Source of the DNA: Eledone cirrhosa
Taxonomy: Eukaryota
Assembly (NCBI GenBank): GCA_964016885.1
Contig: OZ024742.1
Span: 269,204,001 to 269,268,000 of the forward strand
DNA length: 64,000 nt
Reading direction: 5' to 3'
A program made the position numbers and the translations under genes. This document shows positions 1 to 12,389 of this stretch, in pieces (the stretch's first letter is position 1; each line of letters starts with the position of its first letter). A model generated the notes under the pieces. It worked only from the letters and a program-made list of their open reading frames with translations. It was not told the DNA's origin and did not search any database.

Positions 1-106
1 ATAGGGGGGAGACTTCGGAGGGACATTTGTGGAGAAAGCCCAGTAAAAAGCCACAATGACCCTGACCACCAAGGCAAGTGCCCTCTCCCAGTTTTCCACC
101 TTTAAT

Positions 107-3100
107 TTACAGATATATACTCAGAGTAGGCCCATTCACTCGGGCCATTCTTGCTTCTCTCACCCATCTTTCAACAAAATGCTGGGAAGAGAGCACTTCC
201 CTGTCTACTCTGATTTTCCTTTTCAAATGAAATTTGAAAAAGTCAATCAGAGCATCACCGAAGAGGTAAGTGCTCGTCTTCAGGCCTTTCAAACGTGTCC
301 ACCATACTATCTCTTTCGCCATGGCCACCAGATAGACACAAACTGCCTGCCCTTCCCGGCTAAAGGAGGAGGGCGGGGCAATCCTCACGATGGACTCAGA
401 TGATAGCCGGATCCGTCCTAAACGCGACAGCAGGTGTTCGACATAAACCCACAAGTCAGCAATTTTCGGACACTGGACGAGTGCGTGCAGGACGGTTTCG
501 TCGCCCTGCGCGCATCTCGGACATGCCCGGCTGACGGCACCTCCATCCCTGTAGAGTTTATCCCGAACTGGCAAGGCTCCTCGGTAGCACTGCCAGGCCA
601 GAGATTTCTGCAAATTGTCCATAGGCCCCGGCCCGAAAGTTCTTCCGAAGAGATTGGCTAGTTGATTTTCGTCGACGCCTAGAGTTTCCCCAAGTACGTC
701 GTCGCTCTTACCCTCCACTAATCCTCTATAGAACGCCGAGGTGGAGTTTCCACCGATCACATTGCCCGATTGTTCGAGGGCTGTGAGCGCCTGAAGACAT
801 TCCACTCTCCAGGCGCTCCCTCCCGCTCTTCGCTTGACCCAGGACTGCAGCTCCGTCAAGGAAACGAGCTGGGGAAATACGCGCCTAGCAAACGGCGACC
901 ACACCTGATCACCGTCGAGGAAGAGGTGGAGATGTCGTAGCCTGAGCGCGTGCCTGCGCATCATCAGCCACGGCATGCCCAGCCCTCCACGTAGCGGGTG
1001 TTGACCACAGATGGACCGCCTGACCATCGGAGCACGTCCCTTCCACAAAAAGCGAAAGAGCAAACGCTCCAGCGCAGTCAGGCGAGGCTTAGGACAAGGT
1101 ACGACGGTCAGGCGGTAGCAGATGACAGACGCGATGTACGCGTTAGCCACCTCCGCTCGACCTTTCAGGGATAGCTTCCTCTCCGCCCATTTCTGGGTGA
1201 GAGAAGCCACCCTGCTCGTCACCTCGTCCCAGTTTTTGTCCGTCTGGAGGTCCGGACCGAATCAGACCCCTAGCAATTTAACCGGTCCGTCCGTCCAGCG
1301 TCCGACGACGCTGTTGGACGGCATGGACCTGCCTCTCCAGGTGCCGAGCTGCAGGCCCACTGATTTTTCCTGGTTGATCATTGCTCCTGTCACCGCTTCG
1401 TATTCTCTTAGTGTAGTGCCGATCGCCTCGATGTGTTTGGCGTTCGACACCACTACGGTGACATCGTCCGCATATGCTGACACGGATCTTCCGCATCCTA
1501 GTTCGCGCGGGACTCCCCTCAACGTCTCCAGTTTGTGCAGTAATGGCTCGAGAGTCAATACGTACAAGAGGGACGAGAGGGGACATCCTTGGCGGACCGA
1601 GCGCATGATGTTGAACGGTTCCGACAGGTGACCGTTCACTCTCACCACAGAGCAGATGTCGCTGTGCATGGCAGCGATCCAGCATCTGAAGACGGGCCCA
1701 AAGCCAGCCGCCCTCAGGACTGCCGCTAGGTAACGATGGTCGACCCTATCGAAAGCTTTCGACTGATCTAAATTGATCAAGGACCCACCCGTGCCAGGTT
1801 CCCTAGCTACCCTCTCTACGATGTATCGCATGAGGTGGAGGTTGTCGTGGATGGATCTGTCGGGAATGGCGCATGTCTGCGCCTCTCCCACCAGACCACC
1901 AACGACAAGCGCCAACCTCTTTGCTAGCACCTTGGCCAAAATCTTAAACTCTGTGTTTAGCAGAGTTATGGGCCGGAAATTGTCTATGTTATCCCCCTTG
2001 TTCGGATCCTTTCTCAGCAGTGCCACCGCTCCTCAGCTCACAGAACTGGGAATTCTCCCGTTCTGTTGCCAGTTGCAGTAGACGTCCGCCAAGAGGCCTC
2101 CGAACAAGTCTGGCATCTGTACGTAAAGTTCATAGGGCAGATCATCCAAACCAGGCGATTTACCCCTTGTGCAGCCAGTCATTGCCTCCCGTACTTCAGC
2201 GGCTGTTATCGACTTTTCGCAACACTTCGCCTCAGTGGCCGAGAGCCGCGGCAGTCCGTCGAGGTAGACACTAAAGTCCATCCCTCTACACGGCCCACCG
2301 CTGCCCCCGAACAGCTGAGCGAAGTGTCGCTGAAAAGCTTCACACATTTGCCCGGGATCGAGTAGCATGCGCCCGTCGTGGTCCACCAAAGTGGCTTTTT
2401 TGCCACGACGCGACTCCGCCACTCGGGCCCATTGAACGGCTTTCGTCCCCTCGTGTCTGTGAGCACGCACCCTTGCTCTGACAACGCAGCCTTCGTGCGT
2501 TGCATTGAAGAATTTGTCAAGGACCAATTTCGCCGCAAGTACGTCGGTCGCGATGCCTTTGCTAAGCGCCTCATCTAATTTTCTAACTAATTCTCCCTCT
2601 GCTCTATTTTTCTCTATTGCTAAAGTCTTACTAAACCTAATGGACTCTATTCTAATCGCTCTTTTCAGAGCAAACCACCACTTGTTGTTGACGATGGCCC
2701 CCGTCAACGCCCGCTTAACTAGTTCGCTAATCCGGTCTCTGTAGGCCTTGCGCGCTGGTAGGACGCGTTTAGCTTCCAGTAGCCGGGTCCTAGTCTATGA
2801 AGCCTATCTAAGTCAAGCACACAGATCACGAATTTGTGGTCCGTGTAGCTGACTATCTTGAATTGTGGACAGCCTATGCTAGACCTATCTATTTCCCTAC
2901 TAAATACTCTATCTAGATATGATCTGGATGACCCTATATGATTTGTCCAAGTCCACATTGGTTCATTCGGGAAATCCATTCGGTACCTGTCAGACAGTTC
3001 AAAACGTCTGAGCAGGTTGGTGAGACTCTTGCACCCTCCTCCCCTATCCACTAATCCCACACAATCCCAGCGTGCATCTAAGATCCCGTTCCAGTCGCCC

Positions 3101-3385
3101 ACTAACACTAAAGAGCGGGACGTTCCAAGAAAGGTCTCGAGACGCCGGAAGAAATCGGGCCGCCCTGCTCCTGTCGGAGCATAGACGGCCACTAACCTGA
3201 AAGCTTGCCCGTCTCCGCTGGTCACGTCCAGCACCACCGACTTACCTTCTGGGTCCAGGAAGATGGCCCGTATGGCAAGATCCAAACCTCTCCGAAAAAG
3301 CACAGCAACTCCTCCCCCCGATCCCGGACGGCTGGGAGATGCGTACACACCGTAGCCGCCGAAGATCGGTGCGAAAGCCTGTGCT
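107..3385 (-). pseudogene. Tx1 ORF2 (APE endonuclease + reverse transcriptase + CCHC-like C-terminus), frameshifted and stop-disrupted
   Basis: ORF pieces 2719-3348 (VYAP, GDWN, SYLDR, TDH), 2033-2707 (GKSPGLDDLPYELY), 1262-2026 (NFRPITLLN, DQSKAFDRVDH, RQGCPLS, YADD) and 107-1222 (CPRC...ETVLHALVQC). The EN N-terminus is deleted relative to copy B. Confidence 0.92.
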
Positions 3386-5115
3386 TCGGATGTAGTGTAA
3401 TAATTGCTTGTTGTTCAAATTTAATGCTGCGTAGTGTGTATCGTTTTGGTTGTTTTGTTTTGTTTGCGTTTGTTGTGGGTTTGTTTCTGTTTCGCATTTT
3501 GGTGACTTTTGTGGTGTAGGTGATGGTGGTGTTGGAGTTAATGATGGTGATGGTGTTAGTGTTTGGGTTGATGGGGTTAGTGATGCTGGTGTGGATGGTG
3601 GCATATCTGTCCTAACTTTTTTGTTTCTTAGTTTATTTGTTTCCCTCTGTATTTTGTTTTTGGAGGGGGAAGGAAGAGAATTTTTTTCTTTTTTGGTTTC
3701 TTTTTTTTTTCCGGATATCGTTTCCCACTCCTCGTCGTCACAATCTGTTTCCAGTTGTGATAGGCCGGGGAGTGGAAAATCCTCCACAGCCGTTAGTTTT
3801 GGTTGTGGTGTGGTGGATGGTGTAGGCGCTGGTGCTAGTTCTGAAGCGTTGGGTGGTGGTGGTGTTGGTTTTGCTGGTGGTGGTTGTGGTGTGTGTTTTG
3901 CTACTGTTGTTGGGGTTGTTGCTGTTATAGTTGCTTCTGTTGTTGCTGCTACAGTTGTTGCTGCCATCTCTGCTACTGGTGGTGTTGATGGTTGTGTCAC
4001 TGGGGTGGGTAGGAGAGGTGGCCTCAACCTTTTAGCCTGAGGGCAGAAAGCCCTTAGGTGGGTTCCTTCACCACAAACGACACACCTAGGTCTTCTGCCC
4101 TCGACAATTACCGTGAGGTGGCTGCCGTCAGTGAGGTCTATTACCTCTGGGATCTCCTCAATGCTTTTTTGGTCCGCTTGGATTAGGAGCTCCATCCCAG
4201 ATCCGGACCAGTTTTCCTGCTTTTCTTTTGCTATTGCTATTATGTTCGCGTTGGCTTCGATGCCGGCGAGGACAGCCGCTATTAGCCAGGGAATTTCGAT
4301 GGCCGGTGGAACGTGGGTCACCCTGATCTTTACGAGTCTCTGGCCACAATAGCTTGGGACGAGTGTGAAGTCGTCACTTTTTACTGGGGTCATGGAGTGT
4401 TCTCTAGCCTCCTCTGGTGTTTCAAAGAACACATCCACGGTTCCATACTTTTGCCCACGTCTGATGTGGGTTTTTCTTGCCCACACATGTCCCAAAGCTT
4501 TTTGGATTTGGGACTCGGATGCCCGTTCCACTCGACGCGATTTTACCTTTATTGTTCTATACGACACGGTGCATAGGCGCCGATGCTCCATTTTATTAGG
4601 TGGGGGCGTGAGGCTGACCCTGTACCCATCTTTCTTTACCATTTGTTTGGCATTTTCTAAATCTTCCTGAGTTACCATAAATACTTCGAATTGTTTTGCT
4701 ACTCTGGCGAAACTGAGGAGGGGGGGGGGGGGTTTATAATGTCATTGTTGTTGTTGTTGTTGCTATCGTTAATATTAATTTTAGTTTCAGTTGTGGTGGT
4801 GGTGACGTCAGTCGTCTTTGGTGCGGAAGAGTCCATTTTGCTTGATTTCATTTCGACATCACGAGTTAATTTATTTTTTTCTTCTTTTGTTTCTGTTGTC
4901 GCGGTGGTGGTGGTGGTGGAGGCTTTAACACCTGCAGTCATTGGTAATGGCGGGAAATGAATGTCTGCCTGAGACAAATTTAAAATATTGCTACTGCTTA
5001 TATTTTTGTTTTTTGTGTTGGCAAACGTAGTAACATTTACAATGGTGGTGTCGGTGTGAGGTGTTATTTTGTGAAGAAGGCTTTCAGCTGCTTCGTGCAG
5101 AGGGGAATTAGCCAT
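3386..5115 (-). pseudogene. Tx1 ORF1 gag-like nucleic-acid-binding protein (split into ORFs 4699-5115 and 3242-4678)
   Basis: CX2CX4HX4C knuckle CVVCGEGTHLRAFC (about 4042-4084), RRM-like segment, Pro/Thr-rich tail; lies upstream of ORF2. Confidence 0.85.
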
Positions 5116-5322
5116 TTTTTTTCAAAGAAATTTTTGGATAATAATAAAAGTTAAAATTTTGGGCTCAAGGCCCCAATCTTTTTGGGTGTCCTTTTCGGAA
5201 AACAATGTATGTGTGCTTATAAACAGTTAACAATAAAATTTTCCATAAATGGCAATTTTTAACAAACGGAAATAACAAACCTTTGCGGAGCTCACGATGA
5301 TACGATTTACTACGTAGGTCGC

Positions 5323-5368
<46 letters not shown>

Positions 5369-5369
<1 letters not shown>

Positions 5370-5650
5370 GAAGTCAAAGTGATCCCGATTGTCAAGGATT
5401 TGGAACTGCCATGAAGTCAAAGTGATCCCGATTGTCATAGGCGCACTGGGGACTATCTCCAAAGGTTTCCAGGGATGGTTAAAGAAAATCGGCCCCTTCA
5501 CGCTCTTTGGAACGCTTCAAAAGGCATGCTTGCTTGGAACGGCAAGAACCCTCCGATACGTCCTGAATATCTGAGGCTGCAGGTAGTGGCTTGATATTCA
5601 ATCCAACGGACTTTCCAGTTAACCAACATCAATGACTGAGATTCAAGGAA
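5369..5650 (+). mobile_element. 5'-truncated R4/Dong-clade (RLE) LINE 3' end inside (TAA)n
   Basis: Encodes VIPIVIGALG...LQKACLLGTARTLRYVL*, the typical R4/Dong C-terminus; (AAT)n on both sides (5326-5368 and about 5650-5760). Confidence 0.8.
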
Positions 5651-5660
5651 TAACAATAAC

Positions 5661-5734
<74 letters not shown>

Positions 5735-5777
5735 GAAGAATAATAATAATAATAATAATAAGAAGAAGAAGAAGAAG

Positions 5778-5815
<38 letters not shown>

Positions 5816-5845
5816 AAGCAGCAACAACAACAAAAACAACAACTA
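5650..5845. repeat. Compound microsatellite (AAT)n(AAG)n(AAC)n
   Basis: Directly visible. Confidence 0.97.
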
Positions 5846-6012
5846 ATTTCCGTGGTTATAAATGCTTGTATGTTTCGGCGCATATTAGTACAAATATGAA
5901 GGGGAATTAATTAATGCCTCATAAAGAAAGACAAGCATTTGACTGTCCTGATTTAATCACTAAATGGCGGAGATGAAATGATCTAACTTTTTTCCAACAA
6001 CAAAGATTTTCT

Positions 6013-6186
6013 TCTTTTAGCACAAGGCCAGCGATTTCTCCAGTGCACCACTGGTACTTTATTTTATCGATCCCGTAAGGATGAAAAGCATAGTTAACCT
6101 CAGCGGATTTGAACTCAGAATACATAGGGCCAAACTCTATGCTGCAAAGCATGGTGTCTGACGCTCTACCGATACTGCCAAACCAC
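6013..6186 (-). mobile_element. tRNA-derived SINE
   Basis: Reverse complement has A-box-like tggcagtatcggtag, B-box gagttcaaatcc and core cttttcatccttacgggatcgataaaataaagtaccag shared with the other copies. Confidence 0.85.
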
Positions 6187-6229
6187 GCAAAATGTTATGC
6201 ACGAAAATGTAGACGTCTGTTATTCCTGA

Positions 6230-6690
<461 letters not shown>

Positions 6691-6760
6691 CGTACTACGG
6701 AAATTCACCAGTCTACCGCTTTGTAGATTGAGATATTAACACGAACATTATATGTATATT

Positions 6761-6792
<32 letters not shown>

Positions 6793-6801
6793 AATGTATG
6801 A

Positions 6802-7316
6802 ATAGTATATTTGACAGTATACTGTATGTTTAATTAAAAACATTTAGAAGGCCATTCGCTATGTGACTTAAAGAAGTGACCATGTTACTTACTTATTCTC
6901 GCCAAAAACAACAGAGAGCGGCCGACAGACAGTCTGTTTCTGACTTATGAGTGATTATCAAGACTACATACTCAGTTGCCTTTGCTGAGAATTATAGAAG
7001 CGGGATTCTTATAGAATTCCAGTAATAATCAAGAGCTGATTAAACGGCGATTTCCGGTGCAGGAAAAATTACGTATTAGTATTGGTACTCTGAAATAGCG
7101 TTGTATACATGAAATTAGGTATAGTATATTTCGCAATATACTGTATGTTTAATTAAACACATTTAGAAGAGCATTCGCTATGAGTTTTAAAGTAGTGACT
7201 ATGTCACTTACTTATTCTCGGCAAAAACAAAACACAGCATCCGAAACATACAGTATATTGCCAAATATACTGTACAAACTTTCATGCATACATCGCTAAT
7301 TCAGGGCACCGATACT
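6802..7316 (-). mobile_element. Non-coding 319-bp unit + partial tandem copy + inverted arm, carrying a decayed hammerhead (retrozyme/PLE-like)
   Basis: Direct repeat 6802-6925 / 7121-7244; inverted arms 7078-7150 / 7244-7316; flanked by (TA)/(TG) tracts. Confidence 0.65.
6918..6967 (-). ncRNA. Degenerate type I hammerhead ribozyme
   Basis: rc: gtagtc TTGATAA tcac-tcataa-gtca GAAA caga-ctg-tctg TC ggccgc; two core transitions relative to CTGATGA and a decayed stem I. Confidence 0.5.
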
Positions 7317-7332
7317 TTTATATATCTATATA

Positions 7333-7410
<78 letters not shown>

Positions 7411-7670
7411 TATATAAGTGTTGAGTATGGGTTGGTTGTTTACCGACACCTCAGTATGAAGTTTGGAGCACTCGACGAAGTACGCAGGTTGGTTTGTTTA
7501 CACCGGAGTAATGTAAAATAAGTAACTCAAACATGTTAAATTTGGCTTCGTTGATTATAATTCTCTGCTATATATATTTAAGTGACAGCTATTATTGGCT
7601 GTGACCTCATCATGCAGTATGAATTAATGTAGAAAAACAGATAAACATGGTGTTGAAATTTGACGGTCCC

Positions 7671-7706
<36 letters not shown>

Positions 7707-8259
7707 TCCTCCAAAATATACACAGCAAACATATCAAAATAAGTAAATAATCTATTATTGAACAAAACACAAGCTGAAAGGCTAAAACACACAATAACAG
7801 TTAATATGAAAAGAACAACATACGCAACAGTTAACGAACTTTACAGACAGAAACGCATTAACGCTAAGGAAGTCCGAAATATCACCACACCAAACGAGAG
7901 GGATGACTTCATGAGCGTCATTGGACGTGAAACGAAATACGCCCGAAACGAATGCAATAGGCATTTCAATAAGAAATTAGAATGGATGAATAAGAAAAAA
8001 CTAGAAGAAAGAAAAATAGAATATTCACAAAAATACCCAGATAACATCAACAATATCCGGATGACTGATGTAGAACTACCGGAAGAATTTACCAATGACC
8101 ACAGAGTAAATATTTATGGGAACACTTTAATCAGTGAACAAGAAGAATAAATCCTGCAGCTACCACCAAAATTTGCTATCTACAAAAAGATTAACCCTAT
8201 TGAGTGCAAAACGAAGCTGGAAAAGTGTTTCACAAAAATACGTTGGAATGCAAAAGTAA

Positions 8260-8790
8260 ACAACAACATCAACAATAATAACGATAGTAATAATATAAAC
8301 AATAACTCTGAGTATAGAAATAACAGCTATAATAGTAATAGTCATAACAATAACAATAGCAGGAGAGTGAGAAATAGTAATAATGGTAATAATATTAACG
8401 ATAAACGGAACAACAACAACAACCACAATAATAATAATAATAGAAACATTAACTACAGACACAGCAGCAGCGACCACAGTAGTAATAACAGTAACAATAC
8501 GAATAACAACAACCACAGTGGTAATAATAGAAATAATATATGTAGCAACGTTAATGATAGACACAATAAAAACAAGAAACATAATAAAAATAACAACCAC
8601 AATGGTAGAAATAACAGTAACAACAACAATAACGGTGGAGAAAACAACAACAATACATCTAACAATCACAGCAACAATATATCTAGCAATCATAACAATA
8701 ATAATAATGCTAATGATAGGTACAACAACAACCACCATAATAACAATAATAGCAACACACACAATTATGACGATAGATATAATGACAACC
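8260..8790 (+). repeat. Degenerate (AAC/AAT)n tract encoding an in-frame Asn-rich segment of the PLE ORF
   Basis: Frame is open from 8151 to 8945, linking ILQLPPKF...IRWN to PLEKLNFNP. Confidence 0.75.
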
Positions 8791-11427
8791 CCTTAGAGAA
8801 ACTAAACTTCAACCCAGCTGACAAAACATATAAGATGGGTAATATCTATCCTACGAGGTTACCCTTTAATAAAAGAGTTTGCATACTACAACAAATAGAT
8901 GACAAGACAGAGGCACAGTTCACCATAGCTAGAAATAAGATTTAGACCGGTAAACTAAGAGAACGAGCAGACCAGAGGTCCAACAACTTTGGAGGAAACC
9001 TGTAGAAGGCTTGGTTAGCCTCAAGCAACGCACAAGGGATAGTGAGGTAGTATGTCTACCCACGGATAAGTCTGGTAGGATGTCAATAGAGAGCATGCCG
9101 AACTTCATCAAGGCTATGCAACCCCAAATCACCAACACGAGCGAAATTGCACAGCAAATACATGATAGGAGAGAGAACATCCTCAACGTTCACATGAAGA
9201 TGTGGGCTGACATCCTAAAGCCAAGCAGACGCACTGCCCACAACTTACAGGCGTCCAACAGTGGCATACCACCCTTGTATGGGCCCTGCAAAGACCACAA
9301 GGCAGTCGACGACCCGACAACATGACCACCAACAAGACTTATATGTGGAGCAAATATAGCAAGCAACTACAGGAACTCCTATTTCCTCTCAATGGTTATA
9401 CGCCCCATAATCAAGATGTCCCCAGATTTATGTGACAGTACAGATGACCTCCTCAGCTGAATCAGTGAGTGCAACAACACAGGAATCTATCCAACTGCAT
9501 AATAGGCAGTATGGATGTGGTATCACTGTACCTATCGATTAACATTGATTTTGCTGTGGAAAAATGTGTGGAGATGATCATTGAGAGTGAGGTGGAGTTC
9601 TGCTACGTCTAACAGACGAACTGGGCCTCCTACTTAAATTTACCTACGACACTTACTACCTAGACAGGCATGACCTTAGGCGTTTCTGCCCCTGTAGAAC
9701 CATAAGAGGTAGACCCCCCACCATAACCTCAATGGCAAGAAAGACTACCATGGGAAGGTGGATTGGGTGGACCCAAGCTATACGGACCCCCCAAAACAAT
9801 GATCAGGTAAGAAAAATGGTCGCACATGCAATAGGGGCTAGTATCAAAACTACCCTAAAGGGCCACATATTCAAGTTCAACGAGAAGTTCTACACCCAAA
9901 ATGAGGAAGCAGCCATTGGCGTCAGCATAGCTGGTGACGTTGCCAACCTTTTTATGGTATGGTGGGAAAGGAGACTCAAAGATCTCCTTGATGAAGAGCT
10001 CCATAGACCTCATCATGTACTCTCGTTACGCAGATGACATCAATATAGTAATAAGGACATCCCCACAAGAGAGTACTACCAAGTTTGATTTAGAACGTAG
10101 CACACTGGAAAGCATCCAACAGATAGCTCATTCCATACACCAGAATATAACTGTAACTATCGACTACGCTTCCAAACACCCTAACAATAGACTACCTGTA
10201 TTAGACACGGAACTCTGGATTAACACTATAGACGAGAGAGCCCAAATTCTCCACTCACACTATGCTAAACCCATGGCCTCCAAATACCTGATACTAAAAA
10301 ACTCAGCAATGTCCAGTAGTGCTAAGTTTAATATTCTGATTGCAGGCATGGTACGAGTGATGAAGACCGTGTCCCGCATGTGAGAACCAACAAAAATGGA
10401 AAGACACATCCAACACTTCAACAACCGCATGCAGTTCTTTGGCTACAACCAAAGAGACAGAATCAGAGTATATGAAGGAGCCACGGAGAAGTATAAGGCC
10501 CACATACAACTGGACATGAAAGGAGTTTTCCCATTATACAGAAGCAAATATCAAGGAATAGCTTAGATAGGACTAAACATAAGAGAGGGAAACCACCTCA
10601 TGGTACGACAACCAGAGATACCGGAGTGTCATGTTTGTGGACGCTACCTCTGGAGGGAAATTAGCTAACCAGTGTAGAAAGGCCATGAGAAAGACCCACT
10701 TAAAGATTAAGGTGGTAGAAAAGCCAGGAACCACCATAAAATCCCTGATCAGCAAAACCTACCCTTTTCAGAAAACCAACTGTACTAATAGGAAATGTGT
10801 TACATGTAGAGTAAACCCCGAGATAAATTGTAAAACTAGAAACGTAGTCTATAGCATAAGATGTACAGAGGGTACTTGCAGAAACATGACAACAACATAC
10901 ATAGGCGAGACAGCTCGTAGCATATGTGAAAGGATAGACCAACACTGGGGGGAACTAAAAGGACGAAAAACGGTTCATTACTATACGAACATGCCAGCCA
11001 ACAACACAACGGTAACATAGACAACATAGAAGTTAGAATAATATCTAAACATAGAAATGAACCAGCAGATATGCAAATCAGAGAGGCCAGCGAAATAGAA
11101 CTTAGAAGGCCAAGGCTAAATAGAAAAAATGAATGGAATAACAACAAAACCCAAACAAACAACACTGACCTAAGAGAAGTATAAATAATTAAATAAATGA
11201 ATAAATACAGAAGCACAATAACAACAAATACATATAAACACACACTAGTAAACTAATATAGAATACATTAACCAATACACAGTAACCCAAACAAGAACAC
11301 ACATCAAACAAAACACTATACACACACGCAAACGCATGCGCAGAGAAGACAAGAAAATAAACAAATAAATAAATAGACTAAATAAAGATGGCGTAAGCAT
11401 ACAATGCAACGGGAGGAAACATAATAG

Positions 11428-11471
11428 CACCACTGACGATGTTGCAGATGTGCAACGAAAGAACTTTGATA
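11428..11471 (+). ncRNA. Minimal type I hammerhead ribozyme in PLE pLTR
   Basis: cacca CTGACGA t gttgca-gatg-tgcaac GAAA gaac TT tgata; stem I imperfect. Confidence 0.65.
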
Positions 11472-11665
11472 GACTATATATATGTGTTTGTGTCTATATT
11501 GAATCTGTATTTTTGACCGTTGGTCAGTCAATGGCAACATCGAGGACCGAATAAATTAAATTAACCGATATAAAAGACACAGAAGCGAAAACGAACCAAA
11601 CAGTGAGTGGGTTCTGTTATTAATTCTGGCAATAATATTACACAAATATGACCCTCCCCAAGTAT

Positions 11666-11744
<79 letters not shown>

Positions 11745-11755
<11 letters not shown>

Positions 11756-12362
11756 TTGGGGAGGGTTATATTGATATAATATTGCCATAAATAATAACAG
11801 AACACACTCACTGCTTGGTTTGGGTTGGTTTTCATATTTGTATCTTTTCTATATCCATAGTTAATTCATGTGGCAATCAATGTTTATCATTGATTGACCA
11901 ACGGTTAAAAATATATATATAAATATATATATATGGTTCATCAAAGTTCTTTCGTCACACAACTGCGACATCATCAGTGGTTCTCTTATGATTCCTCCCA
12001 TTGTTTTGTAAATTCTACGCCATTTTTTTTCTTGTCTCTGTCTCTGCACATGCGTTTGCGTGTGTGTTTAATGTTTGGTGTGTGTGTTCGCGTTTGAATG
12101 TATGTTTTTTGGTTTTTATATTCATAGTAATACCACTGATGATGTCGCATATGTGTGACGAAAGAACTTTGATAGACTATATACATATATTCATATCTGT
12201 ATCGTTAACCGCTGGTCAATCAAAAATAAAAATTGATTGCCAGATAAATTAAATATGGACATATAAATATACAGATGTGAAAACCAACACAAACCAAATT
12301 GTGGGTGTGTTCTGTTATTATTTCTGTCAGTATTATTATAATATGACCCTCCCCAAATATGC
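11745..12362. mobile_element. Foldback of two pLTR ends related to the 7704-11670 PLE, each with a hammerhead (11938-11982 minus; 12131-12174 plus)
   Basis: Both arms resemble 11230-11670; CTGATGA t gtcgca...tgtgac GAAA gaac TT tgat in both; (TA)n on both sides. Confidence 0.8.
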
Positions 12363-12389
12363 ATATAAATATATATATATATATATATA

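Larger units (their letters stand above)
1..5325 (-). mobile_element. Tx1/L1-clade non-LTR retrotransposon, near full-length but disrupted (copy A)
   Basis: ORF1 with CCHC knuckle, then APE endonuclease, RT and C-terminal Cys-rich domain in order; the 5' end abuts an (ATT)n tract on the element strand; the 3' UTR runs off the window start. Confidence 0.93.
7704..11670 (+). mobile_element. Penelope-like element (large, Naiad/Neptune-like), near full-length, decayed
   Basis: LPPKF and PTDKSGR N-terminal motifs; RT GSMDVVSLYPSI, AIGVSIAGDVANLFMVWW, RYADD, LPVLD; CTNRKCVTC linker; GIY-YIG VVYSIRC...YIGETARSICER; 3' pLTR with hammerhead; ends gaccctccccaagtataacaa + (TA)n. Confidence 0.9.

Noticed and set aside
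3450-4040. Long Val/Gly-rich plus-strand ORF, and similar antisense ORFs over the LINEs
   Set aside because: Antisense shadows of Pro/Thr-rich ORF1 and GC-rich ORF2.
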